Source of the DNA: an uncultured bacterium
GTDB taxonomy: Bacteria; Fidelibacterota; UBA2242
Direction: 5' to 3'
DNA: 64,000 nucleotides
Assembly: GCA_964441235.1 (NCBI GenBank)
Contig: CAYTUQ010000010.1
Location: 11,549-75,548 of the forward strand
In this document: positions 1 through 10,707 of the stretch, one piece after another
Numbering within the stretch: position 1 is the first letter of the stretch
Layout: each line of letters begins with the position of its first letter
Notes under the pieces: generated by a model
Databases searched by the model: none
What the model saw: the letters and a program-made list of their open reading frames with translations, nothing else
What the model was told of the DNA's origin: nothing
Program-made: the position numbers and the translations under genes

Positions 1-2580
1 GAAATTGTAAAAAATGCTTTCGACATGGCTGCCCGCTTAAATCATCAACAAATAGAGCCAGAACATTTTCTATATGCGATTCTAACAACACAAGAAAATG
101 TAGGTTTAATTGTACTTAAAAAAGTTGTTGGGAATCTTGACAATTTTATCCAGGAAACGAATCGCCTTTTGGAACATTTACCGCGAATAACAGGTGCTGT
201 TGGACAGCCATATTTAAGTCCAGCCTCAGATAGACTCTTTCAATCTACAGAGGATATTGCAAAGGAGCTTCAAGATGAATATATAAGCGCCGAGCATATT
301 CTTCTATCTCTATATGATACCGCAAAGCAGGGACTAAAATCCATTTTTAGAGAGCATGGAGTAAATAAAGAGACTCTTTTAGCCGCACTAAAATCGATAA
401 GAGGTACTCAGCGTGTTAGGGATAAAACTCCCGAAGAAAAATACCAGGCATTGAAGAGGTATTGCCGCGATTTGAATGACTTAGCAAGAAAGGGTAAACT
501 CGATCCTGTAATTGGTAGAGAGGATGAAATTAGGAGAGTTCTTCAAATATTAGGACGAAGAACTAAAAATAATCCTGTATTGATAGGAGACCCGGGTGTT
601 GGTAAAACTGCTATTGCTGAAGGAATGGCACTACGTATTGTTTCACAGGATGTTCCTGAGGGAATGAAGGATAAACGAATTATGGCACTTGATATGGGTG
701 CTTTGATTGCTGGCGCAAAATTTCGTGGTGAATTCGAGGATAGGTTAAAATCAGTTATAAGAGAAATTATAGAGGCAGAAGGGTCCATAATTTTATTTAT
801 AGATGAAATTCATACTGTTGTTGGTGCGGGTGCTGCTGAAGGTGCTGTAGATGCATCAAACCTTCTAAAACCTGCTCTTGCTCGTGGAGACCTTCGTTGC
901 ATTGGAGCTACAACTATTGATGAGTATAGAAAGCATATTGAAAAAGATAAAGCTCTCGAAAGGCGTTTTCAACCAATAATGATTGAAGAACCTTCAATTG
1001 AGGATTCTGTTTCAATATTGCGTGGATTGAAGGAAAGATATGAAATTCATCATGGAATTAGAATAAAAGACTCCGCTTTGGTTGCCGCCGTAGAACTTTC
1101 TAATAGATATATCACCGACAGATTCCTGCCAGATAAGGCAATTGATCTTATTGATGAAGCAGCAAGCCACTTGAGATTAGAAATTGATTCGCTTCCGGCA
1201 GACCTCGATGAAGTTGAGAGGAAAATAAGTCAATTAGAGATAGAGAGCCGTGCTCTTGCTAAGGAAAAAGATGTCAAAGAGTCAGTTGAGAGATATGATA
1301 AAATTCAGAAGGAACTGGCACAATTAAAAGAAAAAGCAGCAGTCTTACGAAGTCGTTGGCAGGAAGAAAAGAATCATATATCAAGAATAAATGATTTAAA
1401 GAAGAAAATCGAAGAAACCAGGCATGAATCCGAGAATGCTGAAAGAGATGGTAATTGGGAAAAAGCTGCACAACTTAAGCATTCCGAGCTGGTTAATCTG
1501 AACAATGATCTTAATAAAGAGAAAGAGCTTCTACTAAAAATACAGACAAATAGCCCTTTATTAAGAGAGGAGGTTACCGAGGAGGATATTGCTGGAATAA
1601 TCTCTAAATGGACACATATTCCAGTTTCCAGGATTGTCGAGGGAGAACGACAAAAATTATTGCACATGGAGGAGAAGTTACAGGAAAGGGTTGTCGGTCA
1701 AGAAGAATCCATTATTGCTGTATCAAATGCTGTTCGACGTGCTAGAGCCGGTTTGCAAGATGAAAATAGACCTCTGGCAACGTTTATTTTCATAGGATCA
1801 ACTGGTGTTGGTAAAACAGAGCTTGCTAAAGCACTGACGGAATTTCTTTTTAATGATGAAAATGCTATGATTAGAATAGATATGTCCGAATATATGGAAA
1901 AGCACTCTGTTGCGAGATTAATAGGAGCCCCTCCCGGATATGTTGGATATGACGAGGGAGGACAGCTTACAGAAGCAGTGAGAAGAAAACCCTATTCTGT
2001 TATTTTGCTAGATGAGATTGAGAAAGCACATCAAGATGTTTTTAATGTTCTTCTTCAGGTATTAGAAGATGGGAGACTGACAGATAACAAAGGAAGAGTT
2101 GCTAATTTTAAAAATGTTATAATTATCATGACCTCAAATCTTGGTTCGCAAATGATAATGGGACAAACTTCCGGTGTTGATGAGGAAAATGTAGATGTTA
2201 TATATGCTAATATTCAGGAAACAGTTTTATCTCAGCTCAGGGAGCATCTTCGACCAGAGTTTCTAAATCGTGTTGATGAAGTGATAGTTTTTAGACCTTT
2301 GTTGCATTCTGACATCGAGAAGATTGTTCAATTGCAGTTCGATAGACTCTCTTTACGAATGAAGGCAAGGGGAATTGATGCAGAGTTGAATGATGAAGCA
2401 AGAGCAATGGTAGCAAGAGCAAGTTGGGATCCCACTTATGGAGCAAGACCAGTTAAGAGAATGATACAAAAACATATTTTAGATCCACTTGCTGGAGAAA
2501 TATTAAAAGGGAAATTTGGCAACGGTGACAAAATTAATGTTGTTATAAGAGACGGTGAGATAGAATTCAAAAAGATATAA
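1..2580 (+). CDS. clpB: ClpB disaggregase chaperone (AAA+, two NBDs). It is 5'-partial: the frame is open from window position 1.
   Basis: N-domain repeat, Walker A GDPGVGKT and second GSTGVGKT, long coiled-coil middle domain, ClpB/Hsp104 architecture. The frame of ORF 25..2580 stays open back to nt 1 (EIVKNAFD upstream of the listed Met aligns to the ClpB N-domain). Confidence 0.9.
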   Translation, partial: EIVKNAFDMAARLNHQQIEPEHFLYAILTTQENVGLIVLKKVVGNLDNFIQETNRLLEHLPRITGAVGQPYLSPASDRLFQSTEDIAKELQDEYISAEHILLSLYDTAKQGLKSIFREHGVNKETLLAALKSIRGTQRVRDKTPEEKYQALKRYCRDLNDLARKGKLDPVIGREDEIRRVLQILGRRTKNNPVLIGDPGVGKTAIAEGMALRIVSQDVPEGMKDKRIMALDMGALIAGAKFRGEFEDRLKSVIREIIEAEGSIILFIDEIHTVVGAGAAEGAVDASNLLKPALARGDLRCIGATTIDEYRKHIEKDKALERRFQPIMIEEPSIEDSVSILRGLKERYEIHHGIRIKDSALVAAVELSNRYITDRFLPDKAIDLIDEAASHLRLEIDSLPADLDEVERKISQLEIESRALAKEKDVKESVERYDKIQKELAQLKEKAAVLRSRWQEEKNHISRINDLKKKIEETRHESENAERDGNWEKAAQLKHSELVNLNNDLNKEKELLLKIQTNSPLLREEVTEEDIAGIISKWTHIPVSRIVEGERQKLLHMEEKLQERVVGQEESIIAVSNAVRRARAGLQDENRPLATFIFIGSTGVGKTELAKALTEFLFNDENAMIRIDMSEYMEKHSVARLIGAPPGYVGYDEGGQLTEAVRRKPYSVILLDEIEKAHQDVFNVLLQVLEDGRLTDNKGRVANFKNVIIIMTSNLGSQMIMGQTSGVDEENVDVIYANIQETVLSQLREHLRPEFLNRVDEVIVFRPLLHSDIEKIVQLQFDRLSLRMKARGIDAELNDEARAMVARASWDPTYGARPVKRMIQKHILDPLAGEILKGKFGNGDKINVVIRDGEIEFKKI

Positions 2581-2743
2581 CTTAAATTTGGAACATTTTA
2601 ATTTAACAAACAGTATAAATTCATTTGACATTTCTGATTGTACAATTGGGAAATCCGCCAGTTAGCGGAATAGATTTGTTTCTGAATTTTGTGAAGATAT
2701 ATAGAAGAGAAAATTTTTAAGGATTAAAGGAGGAGACAGACTG

Positions 2744-3250
2744 ATGCGGAAAAAATTAGTTGTAGTTTTGTTAGTAGTAATCTTGATGATTTTTATGGGA
2801 TGTGGAAATAAGCCTTCAAGAACTGCTAAGGGGTATTGGGATTCTGCCGTTATGCTTTTTGAGGGTGAGAATTATCAGGGATGCATTGAGCAGTATCAAA
2901 ATCTTATCAAGTTTTATCCTGAGGATACTCTAACTATTAAAGCGCTTTTTGCAATGGCAGAAATCTATAAAAACAATCTGAATGACCTTGATAATTCAAT
3001 TGCGACTTACAAAAAAATTACTGAGAAATATGCAGATTCTGAGAAAGCTCCAAACGCAATGTTTATGATTGGATATATTTATGCGAATGACTTGAAAGAT
3101 TATGACAGGGCAAAAGAAAACTATAATAAATTTTTAACAACTTATCCTGATCATATGCTCGTACCCTCTGCAAAGTGGGAGTTGCAAAATCTGGGCAAAT
3201 CTTTAGATGAAATACCACAATTACAGGTTATTACAAAGACTGAAAAATAA
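2744..3250 (+). CDS. TPR-like repeat lipoprotein
   Basis: Signal peptide with lipobox (IFMGC), then Y/A-rich helical repeats typical of TPR/YbgF-like proteins. Confidence 0.55.
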   Translation: MRKKLVVVLLVVILMIFMGCGNKPSRTAKGYWDSAVMLFEGENYQGCIEQYQNLIKFYPEDTLTIKALFAMAEIYKNNLNDLDNSIATYKKITEKYADSEKAPNAMFMIGYIYANDLKDYDRAKENYNKFLTTYPDHMLVPSAKWELQNLGKSLDEIPQLQVITKTEK

Positions 3251-3264
3251 ATGGAGTCATAGGT

Positions 3265-4257
3265 ATGGCATTTAACCTGTCAGAATTGAATGAAAGAATA
3301 CGTAATGAAAATTCATTCGTTACTTCGATTAAGCAAGAAATTGGGAAGGTAATAGTTGGCCAGAAATTAATGGTGGAACGCCTGATTCTTGGTTTATTGT
3401 GTAATGGACATATTCTTCTTGAAGGTGTTCCCGGATTAGCAAAATCTCTCACGGTGAGTACACTATCCCGGATAATTAAAACATCATTTAGAAGAATTCA
3501 GTTTACTCCTGATCTTTTACCTGCTGATTTAATTGGCACACTGATATATAATCAGAAGACAGGGAATTTTGAGACTAAGAAGGGACCAATTTTCAGTAAT
3601 ATAATTTTGGCAGATGAGATTAACCGTTCACCTGCCAAAGTTCAATCAGCATTATTAGAAGCCATGCAAGAACGCCAGGTAACTATTGGTGAAAAGACTC
3701 ATAGTCTTAATGATCCTTTTATGGTTCTTGCTACACAAAATCCCATAGAGCAAGAAGGTACATATCCACTGCCGGAAGCCCAGGTGGATCGTTTCATGTT
3801 AAAGGTAGTTTTAGGATATCCAAATAAAGAAGAAGAACTTGAAATTATAAAGAGAATGGCTAATACTAATGGGAATATTGAAGTATCTTCTGTTGTCTCT
3901 CCTGAGGATTTGATGCGTGCTCGTAAAGTTGTTAATGATATATATATAGATGAGAAAATTTATCATTACATTACCGATATTGTCTTCGCCACGCGTGAGC
4001 CGAAATCCTGTAATCTGTCTGATATTGGAGACTTGATAGAATATGGTGCTTCTCCGAGAGCATCAATATATTTAGCTATGGTTGGTAAAGCAAAAGCATT
4101 TATTCAAGGGCGTGGATATGTTACACCTGAAGATATTCGTGACATCGTTTGGGATGTTCTCAGACACCGTATTATTTTGACTTTTGAGGCGGAAGCCGAA
4201 GAAGTAACAACTGTAGATATTATTAAGCGGATAATTGATACGGTAGAGGTTCCATAG
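3265..4257 (+). CDS. MoxR-family AAA+ ATPase
   Basis: Walker A EGVPGLAKS. MoxR-type motifs: VIVGQ, LADEINR, ATQNP. The RBS is ggag. Confidence 0.9.
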   Translation: MAFNLSELNERIRNENSFVTSIKQEIGKVIVGQKLMVERLILGLLCNGHILLEGVPGLAKSLTVSTLSRIIKTSFRRIQFTPDLLPADLIGTLIYNQKTGNFETKKGPIFSNIILADEINRSPAKVQSALLEAMQERQVTIGEKTHSLNDPFMVLATQNPIEQEGTYPLPEAQVDRFMLKVVLGYPNKEEELEIIKRMANTNGNIEVSSVVSPEDLMRARKVVNDIYIDEKIYHYITDIVFATREPKSCNLSDIGDLIEYGASPRASIYLAMVGKAKAFIQGRGYVTPEDIRDIVWDVLRHRIILTFEAEAEEVTTVDIIKRIIDTVEVP

Positions 4258-4299
4258 TTAAATATATTAATTACTTCACTGCAGTTAGAAGTCATTAAT

Positions 4300-4524
4300 T
4301 GATATATTCTCACTATAAGATTATGAATGACAAAACATGGAGTTTTAGAGTAATGGAGTTTTGGAGTAATGGAGTGATTATTGATTATTTAACCCTGATA
4401 CGCTCCTTCGTCGCTACAGGGCAAGCAATAAACAATCAACAATAGACAATAGACCCTGTACGGTCCGCTTCGCTCCCTATCCAAAAGGGATCTCTTCGAG
4501 ACAGGGCAGGCAATAGACAATCAA
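4300..4524. repeat. Intergenic composite repeat region. It contains taatggagt tandem units, aataaacaatcaacaatagacaat units and a REP-like hairpin aaagggatctcttcgagaca.
   Basis: The same motifs recur at 14200-14260 (inverted), 21236-21300, 47690-47830 and 62835-62995. Confidence 0.5.
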
Positions 4525-5403
4525 ATGATACCAAAAGAGATACTTAAAGAAGTTCGTCAGATAGAATTACGAACTCGACATCTTGTAAATGATGTTTTTA
4601 GTGGTGAATATCATTCTGTTTTTAAAGGCCAGGGGATGGAGTTCGCAGAGGTACGGGAATATCAATATGGTGACGATATTAGAGCGATAGATTGGAATGT
4701 TACTGCCAGGTATAACCACCCTTATGTAAAGGTTAATGATGAAGAACGTGAACTGAATGTAATGCTTGCAGTGGATGCGTCCAGGTCGGGTGCATTCGGA
4801 TCACATAGAAAATTCAAATCTGAAATAGCAGCAGAGACATGTGCGCTTTTAGCTTTTTCCGCAATTAAAAATAACGATAAGGTAGGATTACTTGTTTTTA
4901 CAGACAATATTGAAAAATATATTCCACCGAGAAAAGGCAAAGGGCACGTTTTAAGAGTTATTAGAGAAATTTTATATTTCAAGCCATCCTCATATAATAC
5001 GAATATTAATATCGGTTTGGAATATTTACTAAAAGGGCTTAAACGTCGCTCCATAGTGTTTGTTGTCTCTGATTTCGAAGATGAAAATTATAATAAGCCT
5101 TTACGAGTCTTGAATCAAAAACATGATGTTATCGCTATACAGATTTTGGATAAACGTGAAAAAGAACTTCCTCCTGTAGGGCTTCTAAAGCTTCAGGATG
5201 CTGAAAGTCTTGAAGAGGCTTGGGTGGATACTACAAATCGCAATCTCAGGCAGATGTATTCTGACCTAATTGAACAAAAGCATCAAAACTTCGTTAAAGA
5301 GGCGAAAAAAACGAATCTTGATTTAATCCAAATTGACACTTCAGAATCTTATGTAGACCCACTTGTAAGGTTCTTTAAAATGAGGGAAAAACGTTTCCGG
5401 TGA
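4525..5403 (+). CDS. DUF58 domain protein (vWA-like partner of MoxR)
   Basis: DUF58 signature DIRAIDWNVTAR...VMLAVDASRS. It sits immediately downstream of MoxR, the classic Bat/aerotolerance operon order. Confidence 0.85.
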   Translation: MIPKEILKEVRQIELRTRHLVNDVFSGEYHSVFKGQGMEFAEVREYQYGDDIRAIDWNVTARYNHPYVKVNDEERELNVMLAVDASRSGAFGSHRKFKSEIAAETCALLAFSAIKNNDKVGLLVFTDNIEKYIPPRKGKGHVLRVIREILYFKPSSYNTNINIGLEYLLKGLKRRSIVFVVSDFEDENYNKPLRVLNQKHDVIAIQILDKREKELPPVGLLKLQDAESLEEAWVDTTNRNLRQMYSDLIEQKHQNFVKEAKKTNLDLIQIDTSESYVDPLVRFFKMREKRFR

Positions 5404-5486
5404 TAAGGAAAGGTAACAATCAGAGAGTTTTGTAAAACACATAATGATACCTGATAATTATTCCAGATTTTCCCAGAGGGATTCCT

Positions 5487-6449
5487 ATGGAGCAAATTTT
5501 CACATTTAAAGTAAAATATTCTGTTTTTATAAGCTTTTTATTCTTTGTCAATTGGTGTTTAGCAGACGATATTCCTGTGACTATTAAAACAGAAGTTGAT
5601 ACAACTATTGCCACAATCGGTGACAGAATACAACTTACAATTCATTTATTATTTCCGGAGGGAACTGTTTTTGAGTTTCCTCAAATAAAAAATAAACTTG
5701 GTGAATTTGAAGTAGTCGATGAATCTTTTAGTAAACCGGCAAGATATAAAAAAGGCTATAAGCGGAATTGGAATCTCATTTTAGCAATTTTTGACACTGG
5801 TAAGGTTGCTATCCCATCTCTTGAAATAAAAGCAAAATCACCCTCTGATTCTACGACAGTATTAACTTTTAAAACGGATTCCCCAATAATAAATGTAATT
5901 TCTGTCTTGCCGCCAAACACAGTAGAGCCAAAAGATATTAAACCGCCATTTCCTTTGCGCACAGTTGTTCCCTGGGATATAATTGTTTTTGTTTTACTTA
6001 TTATTTCTATAGTAGTCAGCGGCATTCTATATTATCGAAGGTGGAAGAAACTTCACCCTCAAGTAGCATTTGATGAGAGATTTTTAGAACCGCCACACAT
6101 AATAGCATTTAATAAATTAAATCACCTGAAGAAAGAAGGTTGGTCAACTCCTGAAGAGCAAAGGAAATATTATTTCTCTCTTTCTGAAATACTAAGGGAA
6201 TATATTGAGAGGCGGTATTTTATTAGAGCACTTGAAATGTCCACATTTGAGATTATGGAAGCATTTGAAAGTATTAATATAGACGGAAACATAGCAGAGG
6301 AATTTGCACGGGTTTTTGAAGAACTGGACCTTGTAAAATTTGCTAAACAAACACCAGCAATAAATGAAGTTCCAATTATTTGGGAAAAGGTTTATAGATG
6401 TATTGATAAAACGAAACGTGAACCTTTAGTAGATAGGAGGCTAATGTGA
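5487..6449 (+). CDS. Membrane protein of the MoxR/DUF58 operon (BatD/DUF4381-like?)
   Basis: N-terminal signal-like segment, a single TM near residue 190, a cytoplasmic tail, and operon context. Confidence 0.45.
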   Translation: MEQIFTFKVKYSVFISFLFFVNWCLADDIPVTIKTEVDTTIATIGDRIQLTIHLLFPEGTVFEFPQIKNKLGEFEVVDESFSKPARYKKGYKRNWNLILAIFDTGKVAIPSLEIKAKSPSDSTTVLTFKTDSPIINVISVLPPNTVEPKDIKPPFPLRTVVPWDIIVFVLLIISIVVSGILYYRRWKKLHPQVAFDERFLEPPHIIAFNKLNHLKKEGWSTPEEQRKYYFSLSEILREYIERRYFIRALEMSTFEIMEAFESINIDGNIAEEFARVFEELDLVKFAKQTPAINEVPIIWEKVYRCIDKTKREPLVDRRLM

Positions 6450-7390
6450 TTGAGGTTCGAAATCTTGTAAAAAATTATGGGGATGTCAAAGCAGTAAGAG
6501 ATATTTCTTTTACTGTAAAAAGTGGTGAAATTCTCGGTTTTTTAGGACCAAATGGTGCTGGGAAAACTACTACTCTTAGGGTTATTACATCCTTTCTTTC
6601 CCCAACGAGCGGCAATGTATTTGTGGATGATTTAAACGTATTTTATAACTCGATGGAGATTCGCAGGCTAATTGGTTATTTGCCTGAACTGAATCCACTT
6701 TACCGTGAGATGAATGTATATGAGTTCATAGAATTTGTTGCCAATATGCGTAAAATTGAAAAGAGCAAATTCAAATCACGTTTAAGTGAAGTTATTGAAC
6801 TGTGTGGTTTAAAAGGCATAATTCATAAAAATATTAGTGAATTATCCAAAGGATATTGTCAACGTGTGGGATTGGCACAGGCAATTATTCATGACCCGGA
6901 AATTTTAATTCTGGATGAACCAACGACTGGATTGGACCCAAATCAGATTGCCGAAATTAGACAGCTAATCAAAAATCTTGGCAAAGAAAAGACGGTTATT
7001 ATTTCCAGTCATATTCTGCAGGAAATTCAAGCGACGGCAGACCGTATGATAATTATCAATGATGGTAGTATTGTCGCTGATGGCACTATCGAGGATTTGA
7101 TGAGTAGTTTTAAAGGAAAAACCCGTTTGACATTAGAATTAAGGAACGCAACTGAAGAGTCCATTTCTAAAATTCAGACTGTTCATAATGAAATTTCTTT
7201 GGCTGATATTAAAACGCAGGATGATACTGTTTTGGCTTCTTTAGAATATCCCAATTCGCTGGATCCAAGGCAGGATATCTTCAATTTCGCTTTAGAGAAC
7301 AAGTGGACAATTCTGGAAATGAGTCGTCATAAAACCAGTTTGGAGGATGTATTCCGCAATCTAACAATCGAAGGAGGAGCTGATGCGTAG
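6446..7390 (+). CDS. ABC transporter ATP-binding protein (GldA-like)
   Basis: Walker A GPNGAGKTT, signature LSKGYCQRV, Walker B ILILDEPT. Confidence 0.85.
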   Translation: MIEVRNLVKNYGDVKAVRDISFTVKSGEILGFLGPNGAGKTTTLRVITSFLSPTSGNVFVDDLNVFYNSMEIRRLIGYLPELNPLYREMNVYEFIEFVANMRKIEKSKFKSRLSEVIELCGLKGIIHKNISELSKGYCQRVGLAQAIIHDPEILILDEPTTGLDPNQIAEIRQLIKNLGKEKTVIISSHILQEIQATADRMIIINDGSIVADGTIEDLMSSFKGKTRLTLELRNATEESISKIQTVHNEISLADIKTQDDTVLASLEYPNSLDPRQDIFNFALENKWTILEMSRHKTSLEDVFRNLTIEGGADA

Positions 7391-8099
7391 CAATGTTTCT
7401 ATTCTATATCGAAAAGAAGTATCATCATTTTTCAATAGCCCTGTTGCCTATATTACACTAATTGGGTTTTTGATAATAAATTCCTGGTTTTTTACGAGTA
7501 CGTTTTTCCTTATTAATGAATCTGACCTGAGAACTCTGTTTTCCCTTATTCCGATTATTTATCTCTTTTTCATTCCGGCAATCACAATGGGACTTATCAC
7601 ACGAGAACTAAACAGTGATACAATGGAGTTTCTAACAACTATGCCGGTTTCCGATTCTGAAATTATTATTGGGAAGTTTTTAGCAGCGCTGACTTTAATT
7701 GGAACAGCTTTACTGTTTACTTTAGTTCATTTTTTCTCACTTTTAATAGTGGGAAATAATATTGATATAGGAGCTATTATTTCCGGATATTTAGGTTTAT
7801 TGATCGTTGGAGCTGCTTATGCTGCAGTTGGTACATTTAGCAGTACTATTACAAAGAACCAAATTGTCGCATTTATTGTATGTTTTGTAATTATCTTTAT
7901 ATTTTTCATTTTAGACAAGATTCTTATTTTTGTACCCGGATTTCTAAGTTCAATTTTTCAATATTTGAGTATCGATTACCACTTGGCTAATATTTCGCGT
8001 GGTGTAATTGATTCACGGAATATCATATATTTAGGATCAATTATCGCCTTATTTCTTCTCTTAAGTGTTAGAACTCTGGAAATGAGAAGGTGGAGGTAA
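7383..8099 (+). CDS. ABC-2 family permease (GldF-like)
   Basis: Six predicted TM helices. The start overlaps the ATPase stop (ATGCGTAG). Confidence 0.7.
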   Translation: MRSNVSILYRKEVSSFFNSPVAYITLIGFLIINSWFFTSTFFLINESDLRTLFSLIPIIYLFFIPAITMGLITRELNSDTMEFLTTMPVSDSEIIIGKFLAALTLIGTALLFTLVHFFSLLIVGNNIDIGAIISGYLGLLIVGAAYAAVGTFSSTITKNQIVAFIVCFVIIFIFFILDKILIFVPGFLSSIFQYLSIDYHLANISRGVIDSRNIIYLGSIIALFLLLSVRTLEMRRWR

Positions 8100-8102
8100 A
8101 CG

Positions 8103-9656
8103 ATGTTGAATATATCTAATAAAAAACAATTTACTTTATACATAGTACTAATTGCTGCGATAATTGTTATTTTCAACCTGGTATCACGGTCGCTGTTTTT
8201 TCGTGTTGATCTTACTGATAATAAAATGTATTCATTATCAAATTCCAGTAAATCTGTGATAGAGAAATTAGATGATCGTATGGTTGCAAAGGTGTTTTTT
8301 TCAAAGGATTTACCGGGTAAGTATGCGAATTCACGACGCTATTTACAAGACCTTTTGCAAGAATATCAGGCTTATTCTAAAGGAGAATTCCATTTCGAAT
8401 TTATAAATCCTGATGATAATCAGGAGGCGCAAAATGAAGCACACGGTTACGGAATTCCTCCGGTACAGCTGCAGGTTGTAGAAAATGATAAGTTAGAAAT
8501 AAAAAATGTTTACATGGGTTTAGTTTTTCTATATAATGACAAGAAAGAAGCCCTTCCGGTTATCCAGACAACAGAAGGTTTGGAATATAACCTTACTGCT
8601 GCTATTAAAAAGATTACTGAAACAGATTTGAAAAAGGTAGGAATTATATCCCCTGAAACTAAGGAAGTATCCACAAGAAAATTACAGCAACTTTTAGAGC
8701 AGACATATAACATACAGACCGTTTCGCTAAATAGTGAAATTCCTGTGGAAGTGAATACAATTTTAATGAATGGTGTGGAAGATTCACTTAGCATGGATGA
8801 ACTTTACAATCTGGATCAGTTCCTTATGCGCGGCGGAAAGTTATTTATTGGTCAAGGACGTTTGAAAACGAATTTACAGCAGGGTTTTGCAACGGAAATA
8901 CATAGCAATATGTATGATTTTTTGGAACACTACGGTTTTCATATTGGAAAGGACCTTCTTCTTGATCGTAAATGTGGTCAGATTCGAGTTCAGCAGAGGC
9001 ACGGTTTTTTCAGTTTTGCTAATGCAATTGAATATCCTCTATTTCCATTAATCCACAAATTCAGTAAAGAAAATATAATTGTTAAAAATATAGAGGAAGT
9101 ACAAGCCTTCTTTGTCAATGAAGTTTCTCCTATTGATTCGACAGCCAATTTTACTTCCTTAATGAGAACATCGGATAAAACAGGTTCTATTTCAGGTCCT
9201 TACTATAACATTTATCCGATAAGAAATCCACAAATGAAAATGTTTCCACTAAAAAGTAAAACAATTACTGCAATGGTTGAAGGAAATATGAAAAGCTACT
9301 TTGCCGGTAATTCTGAATATAATCAAAAGGCGAACTTCCTTAGTCAAGTTGAGGATGTACAGATTTTACTTATCACTGATAACGAGTTTTTCAATGATTA
9401 CCGTGCTGCTAGTATTCCTGAGAATACGGATTTTATCTTAAATGGCATTGACTACCTTTCCGGGGACAGAGAGCTATTGGAAATACGTTCTCGTGGTGTT
9501 ACTGCTCGCCCATTAGATCAGCTGTCTGATGGTACGCGCCGCTTCTGGAAGTGGTTAAATATTCTTTTACCGGCACTATTGGTAGTTTTGTTAGGTTTGT
9601 ATCGTTGGAAACGTAATTCAGACAAACGTAAACTCCTGGAGGAAATCTATGGCTAA
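8103..9656 (+). CDS. GldG-like ABC transporter auxiliary protein
   Basis: N- and C-terminal TM anchors and a large periplasmic domain. It follows the ABC ATPase and ABC-2 permease. Confidence 0.6.
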   Translation: MLNISNKKQFTLYIVLIAAIIVIFNLVSRSLFFRVDLTDNKMYSLSNSSKSVIEKLDDRMVAKVFFSKDLPGKYANSRRYLQDLLQEYQAYSKGEFHFEFINPDDNQEAQNEAHGYGIPPVQLQVVENDKLEIKNVYMGLVFLYNDKKEALPVIQTTEGLEYNLTAAIKKITETDLKKVGIISPETKEVSTRKLQQLLEQTYNIQTVSLNSEIPVEVNTILMNGVEDSLSMDELYNLDQFLMRGGKLFIGQGRLKTNLQQGFATEIHSNMYDFLEHYGFHIGKDLLLDRKCGQIRVQQRHGFFSFANAIEYPLFPLIHKFSKENIIVKNIEEVQAFFVNEVSPIDSTANFTSLMRTSDKTGSISGPYYNIYPIRNPQMKMFPLKSKTITAMVEGNMKSYFAGNSEYNQKANFLSQVEDVQILLITDNEFFNDYRAASIPENTDFILNGIDYLSGDRELLEIRSRGVTARPLDQLSDGTRRFWKWLNILLPALLVVLLGLYRWKRNSDKRKLLEEIYG

Positions 9657-10167
9657 GAAAAAAAGTTCATGGGGAATATATGTAGCTGTTTTAGCAGTGG
9701 CAATTTTGCTTTTATTAATTGTTAGAATTAAAGAAAATAAATATGAACAGAAAGTAACTGATATTTTCAAAGTAGATGTAGAAAATGTCAATGCATTTAC
9801 AATTACAAAGGGAGAGGTATCTGTAACCCTGATGTTTGCAGACACTACATGGATATTTGCTGAACCTGATACAGGAAAAGTCAAACAGTATAAAATTAAC
9901 AATTTTCTTAATAATGTTGTAAAATGTAAAAAAACGGGCTTTGCAACAGACAAAGCTGAAAAATACGGTCAATACAATATTACCGATGAATTGGGTACAA
10001 CTGTCGAATTGAAAAAAGGTGAAACAGTACTTGCATCCGTAATAGTAGGAAAGTCAAAAGCAAGTTGGGCGCAGGATTATATAAGATATCCGAATAATCC
10101 TAAAGTCTATATAACTCAGAAAAAATTGCTTAACTATTTAAGTGAGAAGGCATCATTTTGGAGGTAG
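9649..10167 (+). CDS. DUF4340-like protein (fourth gene of the GldAFG-like cluster)
   Basis: N-terminal TM, the usual small gene after GldG, overlapping start. Confidence 0.45.
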   Translation: MAKKKSSWGIYVAVLAVAILLLLIVRIKENKYEQKVTDIFKVDVENVNAFTITKGEVSVTLMFADTTWIFAEPDTGKVKQYKINNFLNNVVKCKKTGFATDKAEKYGQYNITDELGTTVELKKGETVLASVIVGKSKASWAQDYIRYPNNPKVYITQKKLLNYLSEKASFWR

Positions 10168-10175
10168 CAAATTCG

Positions 10176-10248
10176 TTTAGCCCTTCGGGCACGTCAGGGA
10201 TGTCTTTTTGAGAGAAACGGGTTTGAATCGTAGCTGCGAACTGTCTAG
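10176..10248 (+). repeat. Hairpin repeat copy 1 (cgtttagcccTTCGgggc...gagagaaacggg)
   Basis: About 90% identical to 10383-10447. Contains a C(UUCG)G-type tetraloop hairpin and flanking inverted cccgttt/aaacggg arms. Confidence 0.6.
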
Positions 10249-10382
10249 TTCGCATTTTATATATAGATGCTATTAATTAATTTTGTCTAACAAAACTGTT
10301 AATTATGCGAAAAAAACCTGTTTTCGCGATAGCCAAACAGGTTTTTTATAACAACAAATGATTAGTTTTATGACCGGGACAA

Positions 10383-10447
10383 AACCCGTTTAGCCCTTCG
10401 GGCGCGTCAGGGACGTCTCTTTGAGAGAAACGGGTTTGAGTCGTAGA
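10383..10447 (+). repeat. Hairpin repeat copy 2
   Basis: Direct repeat of 10176-10248. A terminator-like hairpin (aaacctgttttcgcgatagccaaacaggtttttt) lies between the copies. Confidence 0.6.
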
Positions 10448-10707
10448 TTATGATATATTCTAACTCAATATTGTGCTCACTCCTATTATTTATTGTGTAC
10501 GTTTTTACAGACAACAAACCAATTCCCGCCTGAACAACGTGAAGTGCACGCGAACAATATTTGCAATTTGAACACAATCTATTAGCCAACAAAGATTTGA
10601 TAGAGTATAAGTAGTTTTATATCTGATTAAATTGTGCGCTTAAATAAAAAGACTACTTGCAATAGTTATTTATTATTCATAACTAATAACAAACATAAGG
10701 AGGAACA

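Noticed and set aside
543-1667. Antisense ORFs inside clpB (543..788, 1274..1471, 1374..1667), and similar antisense or embedded ORFs throughout (e.g. 8510..8794, 16519..16803, 18780..19163, 22784..23104, 34100..34609, 35638..36027)
   Set aside because: They are fully contained within strongly supported genes on the opposite strand and have no family features.
10226-10248. tRNA-like T-loop resemblance (gggtttgaatcgtag) in the hairpin repeats
   Set aside because: There is no acceptor/anticodon architecture and no GTTCGAATCC. I found no tRNA in the window.
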